DNA from: a virus
Length of the DNA stretch: 64,000 nt
Virus record (IMG/VR): IMGVR_UViG_3300044695_002580
Coordinates: 1-64,000 of that record
Reading direction: 5' to 3' (one strand)
Part shown: positions 33,848 to 41,899 of the stretch, in pieces
Layout: each line of letters begins with the position of its first letter
How positions within the stretch are numbered: the stretch's first letter is position 1
The notes under the pieces: model-generated
Database searches by the model: none
Told to the model about the DNA's origin: nothing
The model's input: the letters and a program-made list of their open reading frames with translations, nothing else
Position numbers and translations under genes: made by a program

Positions 33848-34867
33848 TTAGACCGTAGCCTTAAACTCGTGGCCCTCGTAAAGGGTCCAGCCATCCATGA
33901 TGTGAATTGGCTGCAAAGTAAAGGAATCGTCTGGTCTTACCCAGCCAATCATAACGCCCTGTTGCCAGTCTTCCCAGTGCTTTACTGGACGACCGTTGTC
34001 GTTTAACCCAGAACCGTAGGAAGGCACTGCGCCATCTACACGACATAGACATCCTGGTGAACCTGATACCGAACGGATAGGGCCGTCGCCATTGGCAACA
34101 GTCTTGTACTGAAGTTCCTGTCGGTGAGCGTGGCCAAATACTGTGGAAACGTGTGGGTTCTTATTTACATATGCCGAGGCTGTTGAGCCATTAGAACGCA
34201 CAGTAGTTCCGTGGATAGCACGGAGCTGTGGGGTAATCCAGTACTCACCCGCTGGGTAAGCGCCTACATAATTAACATTTAATTCGTCAAGGCGGAGTAA
34301 ATATTGAATAGACATAACTGGCCAATCTTCAGGGGTAGCGTTGGCTCGCTTGATACCTTTTGACGCCATAGCGTTAGCGACTACGTAGCGCTGCATACGG
34401 CAATCGTGGTTACCTTCTAGCAAAGTAATCTTTGCGTCTGGGCATGTGGCACGTTGCTTTGCTAATAGTTGATGTCCGTAATCAAGTGCTGGTTGCACTG
34501 TGTGTGCAAACATTTCTTCTTGTGCGTACTTACCCATTGTTGGTAGGTCTAGGTAATCACCTAAATGAATAATCTCATCTACACCGTACTTCTCTTCCAA
34601 ATACGCTAGTAGTTGAAAATGAACCTCAATAGCTGCTTCATCATGGAATGGGTCTAGCGTACCGTCTTCATACTTACGGTAGCCAATCTGTGGGTCTGGA
34701 ACGAACATAATTAATCGTCCGTCTTTTTTACCCTTGCGCTCTTTATAAGTAGCGGGCTTAATTACTGTTGGTTTTGCTGGTTGAACTGGTGGCCAAGACC
34801 AGTCAGTTTTATTACTGACAACAACCCTATCAAATATAGAAGATAGTGATTCTTTCATTTCTGGCAT
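33848..34867 (-). CDS. calcineurin-like metallophosphoesterase
   Basis: PDPQIG, HLGDYLD, LEGNHD, IHG, FGHAH. Confidence 0.85.
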   Translation of the reverse strand: MPEMKESLSSIFDRVVVSNKTDWSWPPVQPAKPTVIKPATYKERKGKKDGRLIMFVPDPQIGYRKYEDGTLDPFHDEAAIEVHFQLLAYLEEKYGVDEIIHLGDYLDLPTMGKYAQEEMFAHTVQPALDYGHQLLAKQRATCPDAKITLLEGNHDCRMQRYVVANAMASKGIKRANATPEDWPVMSIQYLLRLDELNVNYVGAYPAGEYWITPQLRAIHGTTVRSNGSTASAYVNKNPHVSTVFGHAHRQELQYKTVANGDGPIRSVSGSPGCLCRVDGAVPSYGSGLNDNGRPVKHWEDWQQGVMIGWVRPDDSFTLQPIHIMDGWTLYEGHEFKATV

Positions 34868-35112
34868 GTGCAATACTCCTTAAAGTGTGAGCGAAAGGCA
34901 GTAAGTCCCATAGGTAAATTAACTCCAGCTTCTTGCAACGCTTCAAATAGGTTCTTAATATCTACGCTTCTGTTTTCATTTTTTAGGCTATTAAATTTTT
35001 CTTGGTCATCTTTAGATAATGTATTTACCCACTTCTGTGTTTTACACTTCTTTGGAAGTTTTGCATCAGCAATAAACACATCTAATATAGACCCCAATGT
35101 ATCCTTTGGCAT
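34855..35112 (-). CDS. small protein coupled to phosphoesterase
   Basis: C...W...L...HFKEYCTC; SD GAGAGG. Confidence 0.55.
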   Translation of the reverse strand: MPKDTLGSILDVFIADAKLPKKCKTQKWVNTLSKDDQEKFNSLKNENRSVDIKNLFEALQEAGVNLPMGLTAFRSHFKEYCTCQK

Positions 35113-35180
35113 ACGACCTCTCTCTGATTAAAGGATGATTCCGTACAATAGCCTATCACACATAAGGTGTTTGTATAGCA

Positions 35181-35210
35181 AAACACCCACGATTTTTATC
35201 GTGGGTGTTT
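35181..35210 (-). terminator. intrinsic terminator after hsp20
   Basis: AAACACCCACGAT/ATCGTGGGTGTTT. Confidence 0.7.
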
Positions 35211-35283
35211 GACCTTGTTATCGTGATTGCAAGGTGGACGTCAGTGGACGTCAGTGGAGTCGTACTATAACCTGGTTATAGTG

Positions 35284-35805
35284 CTATTTAATTTTGATTG
35301 TCTTTTCTTTCTTTTCTTCAGGAAGGATTCGCTGCAATTCAATAGTCAGGAAGCCGTCCGCTAGCTTAGCGTCCAGCACTACTACGTCATCTGCGATGGC
35401 AAACTTCTGAGTAAAGTTACGTGCAGCAATGCCTTTGTAGGCATACTCCCCGTCGTCTTCCCCTCTGTTGCCCTCTACAGTTAGTACGTTTTCCTTATAT
35501 GTAATCTTAACATCATCCTTCTTGAACCCCGCAATAGCAAGCTCAATCTCCGCCTTATCATCTGGCAAGGTCTTGATATTGTAGGGAGGGTAATTAGATT
35601 TAATGCGTACGTCTTCTAACTCTTTAAATAGGTTTAGTTGACGGTCAAACCCAAAAGTCCACGGAGCAAGCATGTTTTGCAATGCTGCAAAGGGGTCGGT
35701 TTGAGGGAGTGTCTGAAACTGTTGAATTACTTTTGGCTTTTCCCACTGTTCGTGAGGTGACCCCTTAGGGTATCCGCCAATATTATTGTTGTAGCCTGAA
35801 GCCAT
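35284..35805 (-). CDS. hsp20: small heat-shock protein Hsp20
   Basis: NYPPYNI, IELAIAGF, YKGIAARNF, ADGFLTIEL, PEEKK; SD AAGGAG before ATG 35805. Confidence 0.9.
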   Translation of the reverse strand: MASGYNNNIGGYPKGSPHEQWEKPKVIQQFQTLPQTDPFAALQNMLAPWTFGFDRQLNLFKELEDVRIKSNYPPYNIKTLPDDKAEIELAIAGFKKDDVKITYKENVLTVEGNRGEDDGEYAYKGIAARNFTQKFAIADDVVVLDAKLADGFLTIELQRILPEEKKEKTIKIK

Positions 35806-35902
35806 AATATATCTCCTTAGACGATATAACTTTTTGTGACCCTCCGAGTGAGCGGTCAACACTATTGTAACGTAATCTAAATTAGAATATTCCCATAAAT
35901 GC

Positions 35903-35930
35903 CAAAGGCCCCCAGTTACGGGGGCCTTTG
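35903..35930 (-). terminator. intrinsic terminator
   Basis: CAAAGGCCCCC/GGGGGCCTTTG. Confidence 0.7.
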
Positions 35931-35942
35931 CGCTATTCAGTT

Positions 35943-36284
35943 TTAGTTGTGGTCAGCCGTACCATCAGAGAAGTTAGGCTTTACACGATTTACTGCAGGA
36001 GCAATGATACGCCCATTTGCCTGGGTGGATGTTGCTTCTGGTGCAGTTGTCTTCTGGAAGTTAACGCGAATGCCATAGCGAGCGCCACCTGTCGCAGATA
36101 CGTTACTGCGAGAAGGCTTAGCCTGCTTGTATGGGTCGGTTGCTCCCTTGGCGTTACCAGTCTTCTTAACTAATGTGCCTTTCAAGGCTTTAGCTACTTT
36201 AGCTGGCTTTGCGCCCGTCGCATTAGATGCGGAGCTAGAAGTCGGAGCTAGGGGCGCCGAGTTCTTAGTTGAGTCTTTTGTCAT
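35943..36284 (-). CDS. basic hypothetical protein
   Basis: SD AAGGA. Confidence 0.6.
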   Translation of the reverse strand: MTKDSTKNSAPLAPTSSSASNATGAKPAKVAKALKGTLVKKTGNAKGATDPYKQAKPSRSNVSATGGARYGIRVNFQKTTAPEATSTQANGRIIAPAVNRVKPNFSDGTADHN

Positions 36285-36343
36285 TTGTATTCCTTTGGCC
36301 GAAGGTATAAAAAGGGTAAGGTATTTACTTGGGAAATACAGGG

Positions 36344-36625
36344 TTAACGTGCACTGACGTCGAAGATGATGGCTGATATCTGGCCGTCATGGCTCTCAAT
36401 GCTGGTAAATCCTGGGATACAGATTAAATCCATGCCTCTAGGGGCGGTATACCCGCGGGCAATGGCGATGGCCTTTACGGCCTGATTGATGGCACCAGCT
36501 CCTACAGCACGAATCTTGCAGGCTCGGGTCTCATAGATGCTATGAGCAATGGCTGATGCTACGGCTTGTGGATTAGAACCAGCGCTTACGCGTAGAACCT
36601 GGTCGTCTTTCTGTTCTTCTGACAT
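36344..36625 (-). CDS. spoVS: SpoVS-family protein
   Basis: LRVSAGSNPQAVASAIA...AVGAGAINQAVKAIAIARG...CIPGF. Confidence 0.9.
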   Translation of the reverse strand: MSEEQKDDQVLRVSAGSNPQAVASAIAHSIYETRACKIRAVGAGAINQAVKAIAIARGYTAPRGMDLICIPGFTSIESHDGQISAIIFDVSAR

Positions 36626-36674
36626 TTAATACTCCTATTAGTGATACTTGTTATTGGAGTATCTATTATGTATT

Positions 36675-36896
36675 TTAAATTAGATTTGGTCTGTCTAAAG
36701 GGGTGGGAGCCTTGGCGTAGGTCCCACATATTGAGCATTCCATATCCAGAAGATACTGGGATATCTCATAGTCCTGGAAGCTGGCTTTTATGTTCCAAAG
36801 GCTAGACTCACAGTTAGGGCACTCGTGGCAAACCGTGTGCTCGTAGGCCATAGTCCCCGTAAAATCGGGTTTTAGCTCTCTAATGCTCTTTGTCAT
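36675..36896 (-). CDS. Zn-ribbon protein
   Basis: CPNC...CSICG...PTPLD. Confidence 0.6.
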   Translation of the reverse strand: MTKSIRELKPDFTGTMAYEHTVCHECPNCESSLWNIKASFQDYEISQYLLDMECSICGTYAKAPTPLDRPNLI

Positions 36897-37071
36897 GTCT
36901 GCAATTTATAAAGTCTTGGGCAACGTGGCAGGCTACATCTATATAAACTGAAGCATTTGTAAACAGGTCTACGGGGTGGTGCAGCTCATCCCCACCTCGA
37001 ACACCCCAATTGTTAGACAAATATTCCCTAAGACCTGGGACCAGGGTGTCAATAAACTGGTCTACAGTCAT
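36880..37071 (-). CDS. hypothetical protein
   Basis: Probable start MTVDQF within track ORF 36880..37185. Confidence 0.4.
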   Translation of the reverse strand: MTVDQFIDTLVPGLREYLSNNWGVRGGDELHHPVDLFTNASVYIDVACHVAQDFINCRHDKEH

Positions 37072-37093
37072 CCAACCATCTTGGATTAGGTCA

Positions 37094-37342
37094 TTATTCT
37101 TGTGGTTCTTCGGCAAGACCGTGCTCTTTCTTAAATTTAAATAAACTATCCATAAACTTCTGCTTCTCAGCTTCCATCTGCTCAATCTCCTCAGCAGATA
37201 GTTTTTCTTTATTCTTTTCGTATAACTCTAGGCCAAGATTAAACTGGGCCTCTAGAACTTTAAGTTCCTGTAAACGGCGTTGTTTAATAAAAGCCTTTTG
37301 CTCTGCAATACGTGCTGCTCGCTTATCTTGTGTCTTACTCAT
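37094..37342 (-). CDS. coiled-coil hypothetical protein
   Basis: ATGA overlap with upstream gene. Confidence 0.55.
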   Translation of the reverse strand: MSKTQDKRAARIAEQKAFIKQRRLQELKVLEAQFNLGLELYEKNKEKLSAEEIEQMEAEKQKFMDSLFKFKKEHGLAEEPQE

Positions 37343-37509
37343 CCCTGGCCTCCCCAGCCTCCACCTTTAAATTGAACAGCAGGTGGTGTGTAACTTTTAA
37401 TCATAAACTCACCGCAACCTTCGCAAGTAGGGCGCTGTGTAGCGTCAAATGCAAAATGCATCTCTACTGTACGGTCGCACTTCATGCATGTGAAGTCGTA
37501 CTTTGGCAT
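37339..37509 (-). CDS. FmdB-family zinc-ribbon protein
   Basis: Manual ORF MPKYDFTCMKC...CEGCG...PAVQFKGGGW. Confidence 0.8.
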   Translation of the reverse strand: MPKYDFTCMKCDRTVEMHFAFDATQRPTCEGCGEFMIKSYTPPAVQFKGGGWGGQG

Positions 37510-38055
37510 TTAAATCTCCCGATAATCTGGACTCTGTACCTGCTGGTAAATAGCCTTTTCATACGCAAGCGTACCATCCCCTGAGCATAGCCGCGCAAGC
37601 CCATACGCATCACAAGCGTTGTCATCAGTAAAGGTCTGCCCCCACTTTTTGTAGGTATGCAGAATCATCTGGTTCTTTTGGCCAGAGCCTGCGCCTGTTA
37701 CATACTTCTTTAGCGTAGTTGGGGGGACTATCAGTGGGTACTTGTCAATATCTGCCAACTCCATCTTAACTAGGCCACCAAGCTCACCTAGATGGAATAC
37801 CTTGCCTTTGGCTCCCATTGCGTAGCCTTCCATGGCTACATCAATAATCTCTACCCTAGATACCCAATCACGGATAAACGCACGTATATCTAACATACGT
37901 GGCATCCCTTTGTTGGTGGATTTGTAAACTTCTGCGTAATACGTATTGTCTTTATACGCACACATCGCAAAGCCAGTAAAGGACTGGTCTATACCTAAGT
38001 AGATTGGGCTACTGTCGGTCAGGTCCAGACCTCCTTCAATTTTTTTAAGGGGCAT
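37510..38055 (-). CDS. RuvC-like Holliday junction resolvase
   Basis: LGIDQSFTG, AMEG, PTTLKKYVTG, DNACDA. Confidence 0.85.
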   Translation of the reverse strand: MPLKKIEGGLDLTDSSPIYLGIDQSFTGFAMCAYKDNTYYAEVYKSTNKGMPRMLDIRAFIRDWVSRVEIIDVAMEGYAMGAKGKVFHLGELGGLVKMELADIDKYPLIVPPTTLKKYVTGAGSGQKNQMILHTYKKWGQTFTDDNACDAYGLARLCSGDGTLAYEKAIYQQVQSPDYREI

Positions 38056-38539
38056 ACCTATTAAACCCAGTGACACGACCGCTAGAAGTTCTACGTGTTA
38101 ACTCACGGCTAGTCAATGAGTAGTAGCGTTCGATGTTATCTAGGATAGTTCTAATCATCTTATGGTATGCGCGAGCATATGAGTAGGCATCTGATAGCTC
38201 TTTAACAAGAGGCTCTGCCTCTACCTGAGCTCTAAGTAAGGTTGCTTTCTCTGATGCTTTACCTGAGGTCTTGGATAGTAAACCAGAGTTTACAGCCTCA
38301 CTGTAGAAAGCCTCGGCCTCCATCTCAGCCAGTTCAGCGCAGGCAGCTTGAGTACGAAGGAAGTTCATGTTCTCGATGTACTTGCTGGCCATACTCATGA
38401 GCTCTGTGTCATCTACTAATGTGATATCGCTAGGGAAGTCAGGCAACTCTAATTTAAGTGAGCGCTTTAGTGGCAACCCTTGTTCTTCTAATTGCTTTAG
38501 TACTTGTTCACTTACACCTGTGGCTACTAGGTCAGTCAT
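38045..38539 (-). CDS. helical protein, possible recombination mediator (UvsY-like)
   Basis: Coiled-coil sequence within the RecA/nuclease/resolvase block. Confidence 0.4.
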   Translation of the reverse strand: MTDLVATGVSEQVLKQLEEQGLPLKRSLKLELPDFPSDITLVDDTELMSMASKYIENMNFLRTQAACAELAEMEAEAFYSEAVNSGLLSKTSGKASEKATLLRAQVEAEPLVKELSDAYSYARAYHKMIRTILDNIERYYSLTSRELTRRTSSGRVTGFNRYAP

Positions 38540-39389
38540 TGTATCCTCCGCATCGCTCGCAATTACCCCAACCATCGATATTACACGGTGGTGGTGTCTG
38601 ATTATTTACTGCTTCCACAATCTTAGCAGCAGCTTCGAACAAAGGTGCAATCGAGAAGTCGCTCTTTGGTATCACAAACTCTTTAGGTTCTTGTGACGCC
38701 TTGTTCTCATAAATAATTACAGCCTCTTGTGGAACTACCTCCATGTTAAGGAGTTCAGCAAGCTTCATGTATATCTGTACCTGATTAATATGGGATTCAA
38801 AAGGCTCTTTAATCGCTGCAAACATCTTATCTAGGTCACCATTGTGTTCCATAAATAATGATGGGTTTTCCCAACGGATGGTGCCTGCACCTATGGACTT
38901 AATCTCCAGCATCAATGGGTCACCAAGGTTTAGTAGGATGCCATCTGAGTGTCCATTGATTCGCAATGGCTCATAAAATAACGGGACCTCTCGGTATTCC
39001 AACGGTCCCTCATGGCAGTCAGAACCACCAAAAAACATCTCGCCACACTCTATGCAGTACCACTTACCGTACAGCGTTCCCATATCCTGAAACCAACCCT
39101 GCCACTTAGCGTGGATAGCGTGGCCTTCAGCAAATATGGATGCAGTTCGCAAAGTCATAGTGCGATTAGATACTGGGGCTTTACCCATTAGATGATAGTA
39201 GGAAGCTCTGTGGCACCACTCTTTTTTAACCATGTCAGAGGGATGTAGCACGTCTGTGCGACGGCTTAGGTCTTTTGGCTTTGCAATTAGGTGACGCTCA
39301 AGTGAGCCTAATACACGTGTTTTCTTTCTAGACACGTCTACAAATGCTTTCAGTGCCCCTGTTATTTCTTGTGGTTTCGATGCTTTCAT
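38532..39389 (-). CDS. Cas4-like PD-(D/E)XK exonuclease
   Basis: HPS...C, GHAIH, GHSDG, LEIKS, QVQIY, C-terminal Cys. Confidence 0.8.
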   Translation of the reverse strand: MKASKPQEITGALKAFVDVSRKKTRVLGSLERHLIAKPKDLSRRTDVLHPSDMVKKEWCHRASYYHLMGKAPVSNRTMTLRTASIFAEGHAIHAKWQGWFQDMGTLYGKWYCIECGEMFFGGSDCHEGPLEYREVPLFYEPLRINGHSDGILLNLGDPLMLEIKSIGAGTIRWENPSLFMEHNGDLDKMFAAIKEPFESHINQVQIYMKLAELLNMEVVPQEAVIIYENKASQEPKEFVIPKSDFSIAPLFEAAAKIVEAVNNQTPPPCNIDGWGNCERCGGYND

Positions 39390-39391
39390 GC

Positions 39392-39709
39392 CTAGACCTT
39401 ATCATCAAATAGGTGTTCCTTTAAAGTGGTTCCATCTTTTTTTAATTTACGTTTTAGCGCGTTGCGTTCACGGTGGCTAAGGCCACCCCAGATACCGTGC
39501 TGTTCATCCATCTGTTCGGAGTACAGCAGGCATTCCTTGCGTACAGGGCACTCTGGTAAACCATCTTTACCAAAGCATACGCCCTTGGATACTTCTGCTA
39601 TTTTTCTATATTTAGTTTTGTCACGTGGAGGAAACCAAAGCTCGGTATCCATGCCACGACACTTAGCGTTGTGTCGCCAGCCCTCTACGTGCCCTGCGTC
39701 GTTGAACAA
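39392..39709 (-). CDS. whiB: WhiB-family Fe-S transcription factor
   Basis: WRHNAKC...C...CPVRKEC...HGIWGGLSHRER. Confidence 0.92.
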   Translation of the reverse strand: MFNDAGHVEGWRHNAKCRGMDTELWFPPRDKTKYRKIAEVSKGVCFGKDGLPECPVRKECLLYSEQMDEQHGIWGGLSHRERNALKRKLKKDGTTLKEHLFDDKV

Positions 39710-40026
39710 TTATGCTCCTGAAGATTCTGGCGCATTTCCAGAAAGTCATCTTCAGTAAGCAATACATAATTACTATTGTTTAGACTGAATCCGAGGACGG
39801 GTATCCGACTATCAACGATGGCTTCGTTAACAATCTTTTCTAGTACTGCTGCCTTGACAGTTACCTGAGCTTTGCCAGTCCACTTGTGTTCTATTAACAA
39901 GTCCTTAGACCTAACATCACCCTTACGACTCCAAAACGCACCGCTGGCAGCATTACGCTTACCACCGACAAGTTTTGCCAATCGCTCCTCGTGCTTCTTA
40001 GACTCCTTCTGGCCTTTACTCTTCAT
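39685..40026 (-). CDS. PD-(D/E)XK nuclease/Hjc-like resolvase
   Basis: ASGA...KGDV...LIEHK. Confidence 0.7.
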   Translation of the reverse strand: MKSKGQKESKKHEERLAKLVGGKRNAASGAFWSRKGDVRSKDLLIEHKWTGKAQVTVKAAVLEKIVNEAIVDSRIPVLGFSLNNSNYVLLTEDDFLEMRQNLQEHNCSTTQGT

Positions 40027-41065
40027 CGGCTACGAACTTAGAACCTGCCCGTATGGCATCTAGTACGTCGCGCTCAAGTAGTTCCTTAAGGTCAATCTCT
40101 TCCCGTATAGCGCTAAGCATACCATCTTGTCCCATCCACTTTCTATCCCCATAGTTGTAATAGGCGCCAGTGCGCTTGATTACCTTATTAAGGATACCCA
40201 TGGCCATAATCTCCTTGGCAAAATCAATCTCGCCAGCTGGGATATGCCCACCATCTGCAAAGTAGAAGTCAAAGGTAGAGACCTGGGAAGGGGCTGCTGA
40301 CTTGTTCTTTAGGACTCGGACCTTAATTGACTGTCCTACACGGCGCTTTTCTTGGCCTGTACCAACCTCAATCCACTCATCTCGACGGACCTCGCAGCGG
40401 GTAAAGAAGGCGTAATCCTTGCCTAGACCACCTGGGGTAGTGCGTGGGTCTCCATACATGACGCCAATCTTTGAGCGCCACTGGTTAATAATAATTCCGA
40501 TAAAGGGACGCTCCTCCTCTACAAGGGAGCGCTTAGATGCCTTGCCTACCTTACGGAAGAACTTGTTAGTAAGGAGGGCGCCGCGACCTACAGTAGATTC
40601 CTCCATCTCCTTATCGTCCTCTGCTGTAGGGACCAAGGCAGGTAGCGAATCAAGAACAATACAATCAACCGCTCTACTTTCTGTAAGTTGGATAACGGCT
40701 TCATACGCTTCCTCCATAATATTAGTTGACACTACGTAAACACGTGAGGTGTCTACGCCACACATAGTTGCGTAACTATCTACCCACTGCTCAGCAGCAA
40801 CCCATACAGTAGTGAAGTCTGGGTTTGCTTTTTGATTTGCTGCTACAGTCTTTAATGCAATAGCAGTCTTTCCGTTGCTGGCTTCTCCAATTAGTTCATG
40901 CCATTGGTTAGCAGGCCATCCGCCACCAAGAGACACGTCTAAGGCTAGAGAGCCTGAAGTAAAACGAGGAGGCTGTTCAATAATTTCTGAACCTAATACA
41001 ACAGTTCCGTCTCCATACTTTTTATTAATGCTGGCAATAGTTTTAATTAGTTCTGCGTTTTTCAT
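40016..41065 (-). CDS. recA: RecA/UvsX recombinase
   Basis: TSGSLALDVSLGGGWP, GEASNGKT, VLDSL, INQWR, TPGG. Confidence 0.92.
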   Translation of the reverse strand: MKNAELIKTIASINKKYGDGTVVLGSEIIEQPPRFTSGSLALDVSLGGGWPANQWHELIGEASNGKTAIALKTVAANQKANPDFTTVWVAAEQWVDSYATMCGVDTSRVYVVSTNIMEEAYEAVIQLTESRAVDCIVLDSLPALVPTAEDDKEMEESTVGRGALLTNKFFRKVGKASKRSLVEEERPFIGIIINQWRSKIGVMYGDPRTTPGGLGKDYAFFTRCEVRRDEWIEVGTGQEKRRVGQSIKVRVLKNKSAAPSQVSTFDFYFADGGHIPAGEIDFAKEIMAMGILNKVIKRTGAYYNYGDRKWMGQDGMLSAIREEIDLKELLERDVLDAIRAGSKFVADEE

Positions 41066-41427
41066 TATTCAATCTTTCCGATAATGACATTTGGATTCCA
41101 TCCGCCTGCCTGGACTTGTCTTGATGGTTGCGGTGCACCTGCACTTTGTTGACCTGAAACGATACCTCTACCCATGCCACTACCTGATTGGACTATTGGA
41201 TATCCGCAATCGTAACATCGTTTTCTAGACTCTGGAGTAGCGCCACCATAGTTATTGCTACCACAGCCTGGACAACGCTCAGCTTGCGGTGTCATCTGCT
41301 GTGTTGGTGGATACTGTGGCTGTGGCGACTGTACATAGGTTGCTGGTTGTGGTTGTACAACACCTTGTCGTTGTGGCTGTTGAGGCGCTTGCGTACCTAA
41401 CTTATTTGCCCACCAATTACTGCTCAT
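41065..41427 (-). CDS. Gln/Pro-rich Zn-ribbon protein
   Basis: CPGC...CYDCGYP. Confidence 0.6.
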   Translation of the reverse strand: MSSNWWANKLGTQAPQQPQRQGVVQPQPATYVQSPQPQYPPTQQMTPQAERCPGCGSNNYGGATPESRKRCYDCGYPIVQSGSGMGRGIVSGQQSAGAPQPSRQVQAGGWNPNVIIGKIE

Positions 41428-41899
41428 CTAATATCCTTTTCTCCCATTCCGCTTCCTGTATTTCCCCTGGCTCAATTAAGCCAATCTCCATAGCAGAGGC
41501 GAAGGCCCCAATAATAGCGGATAAGCTAACAACTTTATATAGCACCTTCATGGTGTCTAGTTCACGCTCAATTTCTTCTTTGTCATCAGGGTTCCTTTTG
41601 ACAATCTCATCTACCTGTACCCCAGTAATAACGTCGGCTGCGATATCAGCAATTGCGTGTAGGTAGGGAAGCAGGTACTCAATGTTATCTAAACGCAGGT
41701 CGCTGTCTTCACGTTCCTTTTCATCACCCTCGGCGCTAGCCTTATTAAGACCAATGAACTCTACTACGTCGTTGGGCTCCCCTAGTTCCGTATCGTATAC
41801 GTACCATCTAGCGATAGTGCTTAGGGGAATATCTTTTTTAAAATACTCAATGTCATAAGGCTCTTCGCGTTTGTTAAACCACTTACGCATAAAACTCAT
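41417..41899 (-). CDS. hypothetical protein
   Basis: ATGA overlap with the polymerase stop. Confidence 0.6.
   Translation of the reverse strand: MSFMRKWFNKREEPYDIEYFKKDIPLSTIARWYVYDTELGEPNDVVEFIGLNKASAEGDEKEREDSDLRLDNIEYLLPYLHAIADIAADVITGVQVDEIVKRNPDDKEEIERELDTMKVLYKVVSLSAIIGAFASAMEIGLIEPGEIQEAEWEKRILDEQ

Noticed and set aside
38532-39389. CRISPR adaptation Cas4
   Set aside because: A stand-alone Cas4-like nuclease within a recombination block is common in phages; no cas1 or array is present.
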